Numbered from the stretch's first letter, positions 42,249 to 52,079 are shown. The stretch is 64,000 nucleotides of DNA from an uncultured Acidobacteriota bacterium (GCA_963804995.1 CAWDSK010000003.1:512001-576000), one strand, 5' to 3'. Program-made: numbers and translations. The notes: generated by a model from the sequence alone, not told the origin.

Positions 42249-42329
42249 AATCACCTCTCAACAAAATTTCCTTCGTGAAGCTGGTGAATGTTTCTCTGTA
42301 CTTGCGGAAAAGCTTTCTCACCTCCTTTC

Positions 42330-43436
42330 TCATGGCTTTCGCGGCGAGCCCGGATGGTCGCCGCCCAGGAACTGAAAAATTTGCACGCGGGAATTGAGCG
42401 CATCCGCGACGTAAACGCGGTCCTGCCTGTCAATGGAGATTCCCAGGGGCAGGTTAAAGCCACCCGGCGCCTTGCCGAAATTGCCCACGAACATCAGGAC
42501 CGTTCCTTTGGGATCGAAGATCTGGACGTTGTTGAAGGCGGCGTCCACCACCCAGATGTTGCCTTCACTGTCGAACGCCACGCCCTTGGGCCGCGTAAAG
42601 TAGCCAGGCCGATCGCCACGCCCGCCAAAGCGCCGCACAAATTTGAAGTCGGGGGAGAAAATCTGGACGGAGCAGCTTCCCGTATCGGTCACCGCAATGT
42701 AGCCGTCCCGGTTCACCCCCACTCCGATCGGATAGTTGAATTCCCCGTTTTTAGTGCCCCGCTTACCTACCGTGGCGATGTTTTGCAGCGTTTCCATGTT
42801 GTAGACCAGGACCTGATGGAGGTGGCTATCCACCACAAAAAGCCTGCGCCGGTTTTCATCCAGCGCCAGCAGCGCAGGGTTCTGGAGCGCCGGGGTCTGC
42901 CCGATCATGGCTTGCAAGTGGCCATCGCGGTCGAACTTCAGGACGCTGTGCAGCGACGGGTCGGAAACGTAGATATTGTCGTGGCTGTCCACGGCCAGGC
43001 CGAGGGGCATCTTGAGCACAATTCCCCGGTCACCTTTGATTCGGATGACTTGGTGATGATCCTTGTCCAGCACATAAAGTGTGGCGCTCTGGGCCGAGGT
43101 GAGCAAAATTCGTCCCTTGGAATCACTGGCCACGTCGGAGGCCCGCTTGAAGAACTCGACTCTGTTGGGGTCGGGATTGCCCACCATGCGATCCACCATA
43201 CTGAGCTTCTTGCGCGGCTCGATGTCGAAGTTGTTGGAAAACATCTCGAGGAACCGGACGCGCGGCTTGTCGGGAGACAGAGGCCAAACCATGGTGGGCT
43301 GGTCAGACGCGGAATAGCCAGGCGGCGCCTTTTCTTTGCCTCCCCCTCCCGCCACCCCCGGCGCGCCCCAAAGCATTACCAGGACGGCGGCCAAAACTAG
43401 GCCGGTTCCATTTAACTTCGGCAGGCTGACTCTCAT
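42330..43436 (-). CDS. NHL-repeat 6-bladed beta-propeller protein
   Basis: VWPLSPDKPRVRFL N-terminal motif, GEFNYPIGV, FTRPKGVAFDSEGNI, NSRVQIFQ. Confidence 0.9.
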   Translation of the reverse strand: MRVSLPKLNGTGLVLAAVLVMLWGAPGVAGGGGKEKAPPGYSASDQPTMVWPLSPDKPRVRFLEMFSNNFDIEPRKKLSMVDRMVGNPDPNRVEFFKRASDVASDSKGRILLTSAQSATLYVLDKDHHQVIRIKGDRGIVLKMPLGLAVDSHDNIYVSDPSLHSVLKFDRDGHLQAMIGQTPALQNPALLALDENRRRLFVVDSHLHQVLVYNMETLQNIATVGKRGTKNGEFNYPIGVGVNRDGYIAVTDTGSCSVQIFSPDFKFVRRFGGRGDRPGYFTRPKGVAFDSEGNIWVVDAAFNNVQIFDPKGTVLMFVGNFGKAPGGFNLPLGISIDRQDRVYVADALNSRVQIFQFLGGDHPGSPRKP

Positions 43437-44347
43437 GGGTTCACCTTCTCTCCAGGCTTCGCCGGGGTATCCGGCATCTTCTTGGTTTGCTGCCCCGTTG
43501 GCGGCGCTTGGCTCTTGTTTTTGGCTGCCTTTTGCTCATCGATTATTTGGTGGCAGGTGGTGCAAACGTCCCGACCGCCCTTCACCGAAACAATGAGGTT
43601 TTCGTCCCCCGAGGCATGATGAGCATGGCAACTCAGGCACGACATTTTTTCTCCCGCGCGCAACAGGTCCGGTACCACGGCAACCGGATGGGTCACCCAG
43701 GGATGTCCGAAGCGCTGCGTGGGGTCAAGATCGATTTTCGGAATGGCGTCAAAATCGGCCTTCGAGATTTTCTGTGAGCCGAAAAGGGTTACCGTCTCGG
43801 CCGGGGCTTGGACATCGGCGTGGCAGGCGAGGCAGAGTGCATTTCCCGCCGCCCGTGTCTGTGCCTTGAATTCCGAGGAATGTGGATCGTGGCAAGTCAG
43901 GCACTGGCCACTCTTAAAGGGGCCGTGCAGCACAGGGTCCTTGGGGGCCTCATGGCACATCACGCAAAGATCGCCCCCGGTGGCGACCAAAGTGATGGTT
44001 GTCTTGTTTTTTTCTGACGTGGTTTGGTGGCAGTTCTCACACCCCATCCCCACTGCCGTGTGTACGAATTTCCCCTGGTTTTTGTCGGGATGGCACTGGA
44101 GGCAGGTCTCGCTTTTCAGGCCCTTGGTTTCAACAAAGGGATGCTCCGTGGAGTCGGCAGCAGAAAGTTTGCTAATCCTCAAAACCAAAACTGCCGATAT
44201 AACGAGAAGGAGTAAAAGTCCGCGTAGGGGCCCAACCGCTAACCGAATTCTAATAGAATTACCCGCTTGTCCCATTGTCCCAAGACCTGCTGTGCGTGGC
44301 ATAGAGAGCAAGGGATTCGCCAAAGGCGTGAATATTTTGTCTGCCAA
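43433..44347 (-). CDS. Heptaheme c-type cytochrome
   Basis: CLQCH, CENCH, CVMCH, CLTCH, CLACH, CLSCH, CTTCH; hydrophobic signal/anchor; true start may be downstream (~44302 or ~44275). Confidence 0.88.
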   Translation of the reverse strand: MADKIFTPLANPLLSMPRTAGLGTMGQAGNSIRIRLAVGPLRGLLLLLVISAVLVLRISKLSAADSTEHPFVETKGLKSETCLQCHPDKNQGKFVHTAVGMGCENCHQTTSEKNKTTITLVATGGDLCVMCHEAPKDPVLHGPFKSGQCLTCHDPHSSEFKAQTRAAGNALCLACHADVQAPAETVTLFGSQKISKADFDAIPKIDLDPTQRFGHPWVTHPVAVVPDLLRAGEKMSCLSCHAHHASGDENLIVSVKGGRDVCTTCHQIIDEQKAAKNKSQAPPTGQQTKKMPDTPAKPGEKVNP

Positions 44348-44754
44348 TGTCGTTAGAAACCGTTAAGATTCTATACTTTCCAGTTGGGTACAATTTGGCA
44401 TCTGTAGAAGTGTGGTGTTTTGCAGCATAGTGCGTTAATTTGCACAATAGTTCGTATTCTAATGGGGTTACTCACGTATATGGGTTGGCATTGAAGTTAT
44501 GTGACGTGTTGTTACATCGATAGCTGGGGATTTGCCCTTTATCCACCTTCGCTTCTGCCCTAAGAGGGGCTCCCCTTCTCGTAAGTGCGCTGGGATGTGA
44601 ACTGACGGGGATATGGAAGGCGCAGACCCCGAAGGTTCTTGCCCATAGCTACAGTAAGTCCAGGAGCAGCGGGGTCAATCAAGCAACTTTTCGAATCGCG
44701 CCATCAAACCCTATGGTACAATCGCGTTGGAAATCTGGTTCGCAGTCACGTCGT

Positions 44755-44841
44755 GCGGAAGTGGCGGAACTGGCAGACGCACCAGCTTGAGGGGCTGACG
44801 CTCGCAAGAGCGTGGGGGTTCGAATCCCCCCTTCCGCACCA
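44755..44841 (+). tRNA. tRNA-Leu (GAG)
   Basis: Acceptor GCGGAAG/CTTCCGC, anticodon loop TTGAGGG, long variable arm, GGGGG-TTCGAAT-CCCCC, encoded CCA. Confidence 0.95.
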
Positions 44842-44851
44842 TACCCAGCCT

Positions 44852-46156
44852 TCAGAGGGCGCGGAGCCAGGCAAGCATCGCGTCAGCCTTGGCGGCAGGC
44901 ACGCCTTCTGCCCACAAGCAATCACTGTCCTTCCGTAGCAGAACGGTCACGCCGTTCGCCGCCGAACCGACAAACAGGTCCGTGGTCGAGCGCTTGTCTG
45001 TCGCGAGATCCGGGTACTTGTGCCCCAGTATCGTGTGGTAGTCACGGAAAAACGCCAAGGCGGTTTCCGGGCTTGTCCAGCGCGTGCGCGCCACCAGAGT
45101 ATATTCACCCCCGCTGGAATGCTCATAGAGCAGGTAGCGATCAGCGAGCCAGGCGTGGCTAAGGTTCTTCGCTTCATCTTCGGAAATGAGTTGGCCGAGA
45201 AACGCATAATAGCCGAGTTCGCCCATCGTATTCTCGGCAAGGAAATTGAGGCCTGCCACTCCGTCCAGCGCCGCCGGATGGGCCAGCGCCAAGGTGGGTA
45301 GAGCCTGATGGTCAAAGTAGGCGCCAGGCTCAAAGATTTGTTTGGTGACAGTCGGAGGGTTATCAAATACCGCGTTGAGACCTTTCCATCCGCCCCGCTG
45401 GATGGCGCCTTGCGCGAAGCCCATGCCTTGCATATACGGGAACAGGGCCTGCATGCGGAAGAAATAGGGCGCGCTCAAGAAGGTGGGGTACTCTTCGAAC
45501 TGCTGGTGGATGACCATCTCCATCAGCGGCCCTAAGGAAGGCAATTCCGCCAGACTCAGCGGTGCCGTCATTTGTTGGATCATGGCCGCCGTGGCGTAGC
45601 CCTCCACCAGGGCCTGGCGAGCGTTCGAGGCGTCGTCATTGTCGCGAACCGCATGCAGGAATCTATCCAGATCCCAGTTCTGATCCTGCAGGGCGTGCGT
45701 GAGTTCATGCGAAAGCACCATGGTTTGGGTTTCCGCCGGGATCCAATCGGCGATGAACATGGTCTTTTCCTTGGGGTCATAGAAGCCCGCGGCCTGCTCC
45801 GTGTAAAAGCTGATCAGAAACTTCTGCAGGTTGAAGTCCCGTGACACCAGGCCAAAGGCGCGCAACTGTGCCTCCTGCGCGTGGACTTCGGCGGGCGTCA
45901 TCTCCGTGTGCAGATTCTCGGTCAGGTATTTCTGGATTTCCGCGCGGCTGACCACTTGTTTCTTCAGCGGCCCTTTGATGGGCAGGCCGGTGATCTCACT
46001 CATCTGGTGAAGAACCTGGTCGGCCTGCGACAGCAGGTCCTGGGCCGGCGCCTGCTGCCCATACGCAATGGCCGCCGGGGCGCCCAGCAAGCTGACGGCT
46101 ATCAGCAGCCGCAGGAATTGGAATCCATACCGTTTAATCGGCTTCAAGATATGCAT
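44852..46156 (-). CDS. Secreted zincin-like (HExxH) hypothetical protein
   Basis: Signal peptide; AGFYDP, SHELTHALQDQ, ALVEG.A. Confidence 0.75.
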   Translation of the reverse strand: MHILKPIKRYGFQFLRLLIAVSLLGAPAAIAYGQQAPAQDLLSQADQVLHQMSEITGLPIKGPLKKQVVSRAEIQKYLTENLHTEMTPAEVHAQEAQLRAFGLVSRDFNLQKFLISFYTEQAAGFYDPKEKTMFIADWIPAETQTMVLSHELTHALQDQNWDLDRFLHAVRDNDDASNARQALVEGYATAAMIQQMTAPLSLAELPSLGPLMEMVIHQQFEEYPTFLSAPYFFRMQALFPYMQGMGFAQGAIQRGGWKGLNAVFDNPPTVTKQIFEPGAYFDHQALPTLALAHPAALDGVAGLNFLAENTMGELGYYAFLGQLISEDEAKNLSHAWLADRYLLYEHSSGGEYTLVARTRWTSPETALAFFRDYHTILGHKYPDLATDKRSTTDLFVGSAANGVTVLLRKDSDCLWAEGVPAAKADAMLAWLRAL

Positions 46157-46335
46157 GGTGTCGAACGTCCCGTCTGTAAGGCTAGAAGCAAGAGTGTTCA
46201 CTTCATGGGTTTCAGGGAATCACTTGTTCCTGGGTAAGCAGAGAACCGTTTCGTTGACCGTGTCTAAGCAAACCACCTGCTCCCCCACCCGCGTCCAGTT
46301 TGACCCGCCCCTTTATCGAGACTATCATAAATCCT

Positions 46336-46797
46336 GCGTGAGCAAGCCGGGTGATCGCTGCTTCGCCTTAGCGCCCCGCTCCTCGGGGCTGGCAGGGGCG
46401 AGGGAGAGGAAAGTCCGAACTCCGCAGGGCAGTGTGCTCGCTAACGGCGAGGGCCGGAGGAGGATGTTCGAGAAATCGGACCGTACGCCTCTGGTACGGA
46501 AAGTGCCACAGAAAATATACCGCCGTGTTCTCGCCTTCGGGCTGCAGGATGCGGTAAGGGTGAAAAGGTGCGGTCCCGGTTGCCGGGAATTAAAGTAAGA
46601 GCGCACCGCCTCGGTGGTGACATCGAGGGCAGGGTAAACCCCACACGGAGCAAGACCAAATAGGAGGGGAGGGGCGGCCCGTTCCGTTACAACCCTCGGG
46701 TAGGTCGCTGGACCCCACGAGCAATCGAGGGGCTAGAGGAATGATCGCCACCCCGATTTGTCGGGGAACAGAATTCGGCTTACAGGCTTGCTCGCGC
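46336..46797 (+). ncRNA. rnpB: RNase P RNA, bacterial type A
   Basis: GAGGAAAGTCCG, AGTGCCACAGAAA, GGTAAACCCC..GGAGCAAG, ACAGAATTCGGCTTA; 5' and 3' ends pair (P1). Confidence 0.96.
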
Positions 46798-46996
46798 TCT
46801 CTCCTTGATTTCCTTGGCGACACCATCTAGAGCCGCCGCGTCCCCTACATGGGGTATACTCTCCACCGGCGAGAGCCGAAAAGTTAATTCCGGATAACAT
46901 TGGGAACTTCGAAGTCGCAGCGCCTTCGCTCCGCGGATCATGCATTTGCATTCTTCTTCCAGGGGTTCCCTTAAGCGATCGCAGGGGGTACGCACC

Positions 46997-48430
46997 ATGC
47001 GCAACTCATTGGCAAGTTTCGAGAACGTGAGAAAGTCCGCATTTCTCCTGCTGGCGACGGCTGTTACCATCGCGGCGCAGCTCGTGGCGGCCGACCGATC
47101 CGTCCAATATCCCTTGAAGGTCAGTTCCAATCATCGGTACCTTGTTGACCAGAAGGGCCAGCCCTACCTCATTCAGGGCGACGCCCCGTGGTCACTGATT
47201 GTGGGAGCCAGCAACGACGAGGTGGAGCGGTATCTTGCGGATCGCCACGCCAAGGGCTTCAACACCCTGTTAATTAACCTCATCGAACACAAGTTCTGCA
47301 CCAGCCCGCCGAAAAATAAGGATGGCGTAGCTCCCTTCACCGTGCCGGCAGATTTCTCCACTCCCAACGAAAAGTACTTCGTGCATGCCGACTGGGTCAT
47401 CAAAAGGGCAGGCGAGTATGGCATGCAAGTCTTACTGGCTCCGTTGTACTTGGGAGCGAAAGGAACGGACGAGGGATTCTATGAGGAGACACTCGCCAAT
47501 GGTCCGGAGAAATGCCGAATTTACGGCGAGTATCTGGGAAAGCGTTACTCGCATTTTGACAACATCATCTGGGTGATGGGTGGCGATCGTGATCCCGACC
47601 GGGCTTGGGACGACGTGAACGCCCTCGCCGCCGGGATCAAGCGTTTTGACCCGCGCCATATCTTCACAGCGCATTGCCAGTCGGAACACTCCGCTGTGGA
47701 AGATTATGGACAAACCGCGTGGCTGGACCTCAACAGCACGTACACCTACGCACTCATCCATCCCAAATTGCTGGATGATTACCATCGCAAGCCAGTCCGT
47801 CCCTTCTTTCTGATCGAGACGACATACGAGGGAGAGCATAATTCCACGCCGGTGCAAATCAGACGGCAGGCTTATTGGGCCGATCTTTCCGGGTCCACCG
47901 GCCAGGTCATGGGAAATTGTCCCGTATGGGGCTTTGATTATTACGCGGACTGGGAAAAGGGAGACGAAACGATTCACAATGGCACGCTGTACCAATTCCG
48001 CAACTTCGATATCCTTCCCGGGTTGAAGCGCGGCCTCGATAGCACCGCTTCGCGCGAGATGGCCGTGCTTTCTCAGGTGTTTCGGTCGCGGCCGTGGTAC
48101 GCGCTGATTCCTGACGAGGCGCACTCCGTCCTGACCGCAGGACTGGGCGAATTCCGTGGGCTCGATCACGTTATGGCGGCGCGGGCGGACGATGGGAGTA
48201 CAGTCATCGCGTACACGCCCACCGCGCGCACGGTTACTGTCGATATGACGAAAATCTCTGGAACCGAAGCCAAGGTGTGGTGGGTGGACCCGCAGAGTGG
48301 ACAGGCAAGGAGCGCCGGCACTTTCCCCACTCGCGGAGCGCATGAATTTACGCCGCCGCAAGCGGGCGATTGGGTCCTGGTACTTGACGATGCTGCGAAG
48401 CAATTCTCAATTCCAGGGAAATCCAACTGA
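46997..48430 (+). CDS. GH140/apiosidase-like (DUF4038) glycoside hydrolase with C-terminal collagen-binding-like domain
   Basis: RYLVDQ.G.P...GD..W, NIIWVMGGD, ETTYEGEH, IRRQAYW, DWVLVL. Confidence 0.8.
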   Translation: MRNSLASFENVRKSAFLLLATAVTIAAQLVAADRSVQYPLKVSSNHRYLVDQKGQPYLIQGDAPWSLIVGASNDEVERYLADRHAKGFNTLLINLIEHKFCTSPPKNKDGVAPFTVPADFSTPNEKYFVHADWVIKRAGEYGMQVLLAPLYLGAKGTDEGFYEETLANGPEKCRIYGEYLGKRYSHFDNIIWVMGGDRDPDRAWDDVNALAAGIKRFDPRHIFTAHCQSEHSAVEDYGQTAWLDLNSTYTYALIHPKLLDDYHRKPVRPFFLIETTYEGEHNSTPVQIRRQAYWADLSGSTGQVMGNCPVWGFDYYADWEKGDETIHNGTLYQFRNFDILPGLKRGLDSTASREMAVLSQVFRSRPWYALIPDEAHSVLTAGLGEFRGLDHVMAARADDGSTVIAYTPTARTVTVDMTKISGTEAKVWWVDPQSGQARSAGTFPTRGAHEFTPPQAGDWVLVLDDAAKQFSIPGKSN

Positions 48431-48475
48431 CCTTTTGGGAAATTCCATATTTCAAATTGACGTGGGCCCCCAAAC

Positions 48476-48979
48476 ATGACCTACCACCGATTTGAGGACC
48501 TTCCTGTCTGGCAAGCGGGCTTGGAACTGGCCCGGCGAGTGTATCAGCTTACCGCTGGCCCGCCCTTCCGCCGGAATCGCAGCCTGCGCGACCAAATCGA
48601 GCGGGCGGCCGTCTCCGTCTCGAATAATATCGCCGAGGGTTTCGAGCGGGGTACGACGCAGGAGTTGCTGACCTTTCTCTACATTGCCCGCGGCTCGGGA
48701 GGAGAAATCCGCTCCATGCTCTGTCTGCTGGCCACGCTCGAGGATTTCGCCCATCTCAAATCTGAAATTTCAAATTTGAAATCCATGGCCGAAGGCGTTT
48801 CCCGCCAGTTGCGTGCCTGGGCCGATTCCTTGCAGAATTCCCCTATCACCGGTCAGCGGTATCTCACCGAAAAGTCCCGGCGCGCCAGCAAGGCCCGCAC
48901 TGAGCGTGATGAATTCCTAAGGAGCCTTCAAGATATTCGAGAGGGAAAAACGCCAGGTAGGAATTTACCTAACACGTAA
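48476..48979 (+). CDS. Four-helix-bundle protein (23S rRNA-IVP/S23 family), intact copy
   Basis: FEDLPVWQ, LRDQIERAAVSVSNNIAEGFER, FLYIARGS.GE.RS. Confidence 0.9.
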   Translation: MTYHRFEDLPVWQAGLELARRVYQLTAGPPFRRNRSLRDQIERAAVSVSNNIAEGFERGTTQELLTFLYIARGSGGEIRSMLCLLATLEDFAHLKSEISNLKSMAEGVSRQLRAWADSLQNSPITGQRYLTEKSRRASKARTERDEFLRSLQDIREGKTPGRNLPNT

Positions 48980-49193
48980 AGGCAGGGGGACATCTGAAAT
49001 TTCAAATGCCTCCCCGGCAGAGCCGGGGAAGGTGTGAAAAAATACCATTTTCACCGCTGAGTCGCTGAGACGCAGAGAAATGACCCTTTGTTTTCAAACC
49101 TCTGCGCCTCCGCGTCTCCGCGGTGAAAGGTTTGATGGGATTTTTTCACAGCTTCGGGGGGGCTCCCAACGGACCAGGGGGAGGTATACCTAC

Positions 49194-50108
49194 ATGAAAG
49201 ATACCGTAAAGTTGCTGGAAAGCACCGCCAAGTGGCTGGCCTTGTTCATGCTCGTCTTCTGCGTGGCGCTTCCAAGCTACGCCCAGTTGGGCATGTTCAC
49301 CAAGGAGCAACGCATCGACTTGACGCGCGAATGGAAGGGAGACCGCTTCGACGACGGCCGCCCCAAGGTGCCTGACTCCGTACTCGAGGGTCTGAAGGAT
49401 GTGGATGCCGAGGAAGCCTGGCGCGTGTTGCGGTCGCACGGATACAGGTTGCAGTTCGAAGGCGGGTGGCACGAGATCAATCATGGTGATCGGATGGTGG
49501 GCCGCGTATTTACCGCCGCCTTTATGCCCGAGCGGCCTGACGTGGCTGGTTTAATCAATGATAAGGGCAAGGCGGAAGGGCGCATCGGGCCTCAGAACTC
49601 CTGGCCGATTGACATGCTCTCGCCCGGCGACGTGCTGGTAGTCGACATGTTCGGAAAATTCCCGTTCGCGGGTGACAACCTTTGCACGGCGATTTTTGCC
49701 CATAGCCACAACGGGCTGGTGGTCGATGGCGGCGTGCGCGACGAAACGGGTATTTCCGAAATTAAGGGCCTGCACGTATTCGTGCGCTACGTTGACCCTG
49801 ATGTGATCCGCGACGTTACGCTGGTAGGCATCAACGTGCCCGTCCGTATCGGTCACGTGATGGTGCTGCCTGGTGATGTGGCGGTGAGTGATGTCGAGGG
49901 AATCAGCTTTATCCCTCCCCAACTCGCCCAGGAGGTGATCGATAAGGCCCAAATGACCCACGCGGTGGACCAATGGGGGCACCAGATGTTGCGCGAGGGT
50001 AGATACACGCCCGGCCAGATCGATCGCAAGTGGACAAAGTCCATGATCGAAGAGTTCAACAAGTGGCTGGAACAGAAAGGCTCGAAATTGCGGATGCCGG
50101 AAGAATAG
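49194..50108 (+). CDS. RraA/HMG-aldolase family protein with signal peptide
   Basis: GRPKV, PGDVLVVD, GDNL, VVDGGVRD, PGDVAVSD.EG. Confidence 0.82.
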   Translation: MKDTVKLLESTAKWLALFMLVFCVALPSYAQLGMFTKEQRIDLTREWKGDRFDDGRPKVPDSVLEGLKDVDAEEAWRVLRSHGYRLQFEGGWHEINHGDRMVGRVFTAAFMPERPDVAGLINDKGKAEGRIGPQNSWPIDMLSPGDVLVVDMFGKFPFAGDNLCTAIFAHSHNGLVVDGGVRDETGISEIKGLHVFVRYVDPDVIRDVTLVGINVPVRIGHVMVLPGDVAVSDVEGISFIPPQLAQEVIDKAQMTHAVDQWGHQMLREGRYTPGQIDRKWTKSMIEEFNKWLEQKGSKLRMPEE

Positions 50109-50145
50109 CCGCCCGGCAACTCATTCTTACCTTGGAGACCAAGTC

Positions 50146-51504
50146 ATGATCAATAAATCCGGGTCGTTTCAAATGAACCGGCGTGGTGTGTTGAAGGGCT
50201 CAGCGGCCGCGCTGGGAGGCGCGCTCTTAAGCGGTGAGCCCATGGAGGCGTATCCCTTTAATACTCATTCCAGTCCTTCGGCGCTACGCATTACGGACCT
50301 GCGTGTCGCGCACATCACCAACGCTCCTTTTGACGTCCCCCTCATCCGAATCGATACCAACCAGGGAGTGTATGGACTCGGCGAAGTGCAAGCTGCGGCG
50401 AGCCCCACTTACGCTTTAATGCTGAAGAGCCGGTTGCTCGGCGAAAACCCCCTGCAAGTGGATCGAATCTTCCGCAAGATCAAGCAATTCGGCCACACGG
50501 CCCGTCAAGGCGGAGGCGTAAGCGGCATCGAGATGGCCCTCTGGGACCTCGCCGGCAAGGTGTACAACGTCCCCGTCTATGTGATGCTGGGCGGCAAGCT
50601 TCGCGACAAGATCCGCATCTACGCGGACACCGAGGAATCCAAGGACCCCAAGATTTATGCCGAGAGATTGAAGGAGCGCAAAGAAGTCCTGGGCCTTACC
50701 TGGCTCAAAATGGACTTGGGGGTTGAATTGGTTTGGGACAAACCCGGTACCGTGACCAGGCGCTCCGGCCTGAGTGAATGGGAAATGGATCAGGTCCCTC
50801 ATCCCCTGCTCGCGATGGAGGTCACCGATAAGGGCATCGCTCTGCTTGAAGAGTATGTGGCGGCTGTGCGCGACGCCGTGGGCATGGAGATTCCGCTTTC
50901 CATGGACCACCTCGGCCACCTTGGCGTCCACTCCATCATCCGTCTGGCTAAAGCGTACGAGAAGTACAACCTCTCCTGGTTGGAAGATGTGATTCCCTGG
51001 CAGTACACGGACCTGCTGAAACACATCACGGACCAGAGTCCAACGCCGATCTGCACGGGCGAGGACATTTACCTCAAAGAGGGCTTCCAGGTCCTTTGCG
51101 CGAATCATGCCGTCAGCAAAATCCATCCGGATCTGGCGGTGGCTGGCGGCATCCTCGAAACCCACAAAATCGGCGATTTGGCGTGGGAATACGGCGTGCC
51201 GATGGCCATGCACTTTGGCGGATCGCCCGTGAGCTGTATGGCAAACGTGCATTGTGCGGCGGCGACACTCAACTTTTTGGCGCTCGAAAACCACTCTCTG
51301 GATGTGCCCTGGTGGAGCGACTTGGTGGAGGGCATAGAAAAACCGATCATCAATCACGGGTTCATCACCGTGCCTGACAAACCAGGGCTGGGCGTCACTC
51401 TGAACGAAGATGCCGTGCGGCGGCACCTGATTCCCGGAACGGGTTACTTTGAACCCACGACACAGTGGGACCACGAACAATCTTGGGACCGCCAGTGGAG
51501 TTAA
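50146..51504 (+). CDS. Mandelate racemase/muconate lactonizing enzyme family protein with Tat-like signal
   Basis: NRRGVLK, SGIEMALWDLAGK, KMD, WLED, TGED, PGLGV. Confidence 0.88.
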   Translation: MINKSGSFQMNRRGVLKGSAAALGGALLSGEPMEAYPFNTHSSPSALRITDLRVAHITNAPFDVPLIRIDTNQGVYGLGEVQAAASPTYALMLKSRLLGENPLQVDRIFRKIKQFGHTARQGGGVSGIEMALWDLAGKVYNVPVYVMLGGKLRDKIRIYADTEESKDPKIYAERLKERKEVLGLTWLKMDLGVELVWDKPGTVTRRSGLSEWEMDQVPHPLLAMEVTDKGIALLEEYVAAVRDAVGMEIPLSMDHLGHLGVHSIIRLAKAYEKYNLSWLEDVIPWQYTDLLKHITDQSPTPICTGEDIYLKEGFQVLCANHAVSKIHPDLAVAGGILETHKIGDLAWEYGVPMAMHFGGSPVSCMANVHCAAATLNFLALENHSLDVPWWSDLVEGIEKPIINHGFITVPDKPGLGVTLNEDAVRRHLIPGTGYFEPTTQWDHEQSWDRQWS

Positions 51505-51565
51505 GCGCAGGAAGCCCCCCGTCACCCGCAGAAGAGCGAAGGTTCATGAATACGAGGTGCTAAAT

Positions 51566-52079
51566 ATGACCTACAACCGATTTGAGGATCTTCCTGTCTG
51601 GCAAGCGGGCTTGGAACTGGCCCAGCGAGTGTATCAGCTTACCGCTGGCCCGCCCTTCCGCCGGAATCGCAGCACAAATCGAGCGGGCTGCCGTCTCTGT
51701 CTCGAATAACATCGCCGAGGGTTTCGAGCGTGGTACGACCCAGGAGCTGCTGACCTTTCTCTACATTGCCCGCGGCTCAGCGGGAGAGGTCCGCTCCATG
51801 CTCTGTCTGCTGGTCACACTCGACGATTTCGCCCATCTCAAATCTGAAATTTCAAATTTGAAATCCATGGCCGAAGGCGTTTCCCGCCAGTTACGCGCCT
51901 GGGCCGATTCCTTGCAGAATTCCCCTATCACAGGTCAGCGGTATCTCACGGAAAAGTCCCGGCGCGCCAGCAAGACCCGCACTGAGTGTGATGAATTTCT
52001 AAGAAAGCTTCAGAATATTCGAGAGGGAAAAGAGCCGGGCGGGAATCTACCTAACACGAAAAGGCAGGGGGACACCTGA
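51566..52079 (+). pseudogene. Second four-helix-bundle gene, frameshifted by a net 8-nt deletion near 51673
   Basis: AGCACAAATC versus AGCCTGCGCGACCAAATC in the 48476 copy; otherwise highly similar. Confidence 0.85.

Noticed and set aside
44480..44520. CRP/FNR-like site (TGTGA-N7-TTACA) or sigma-54 promoter upstream of the cytochrome cluster
   Set aside because: Spacing does not match TGTGA-N6-TCACA, and the TTGGCA has no correctly placed TTGC.
44755..44841. tRNA as integration site of a prophage/ICE
   Set aside because: No duplicated tRNA 3' end and no integrase seen in the window.
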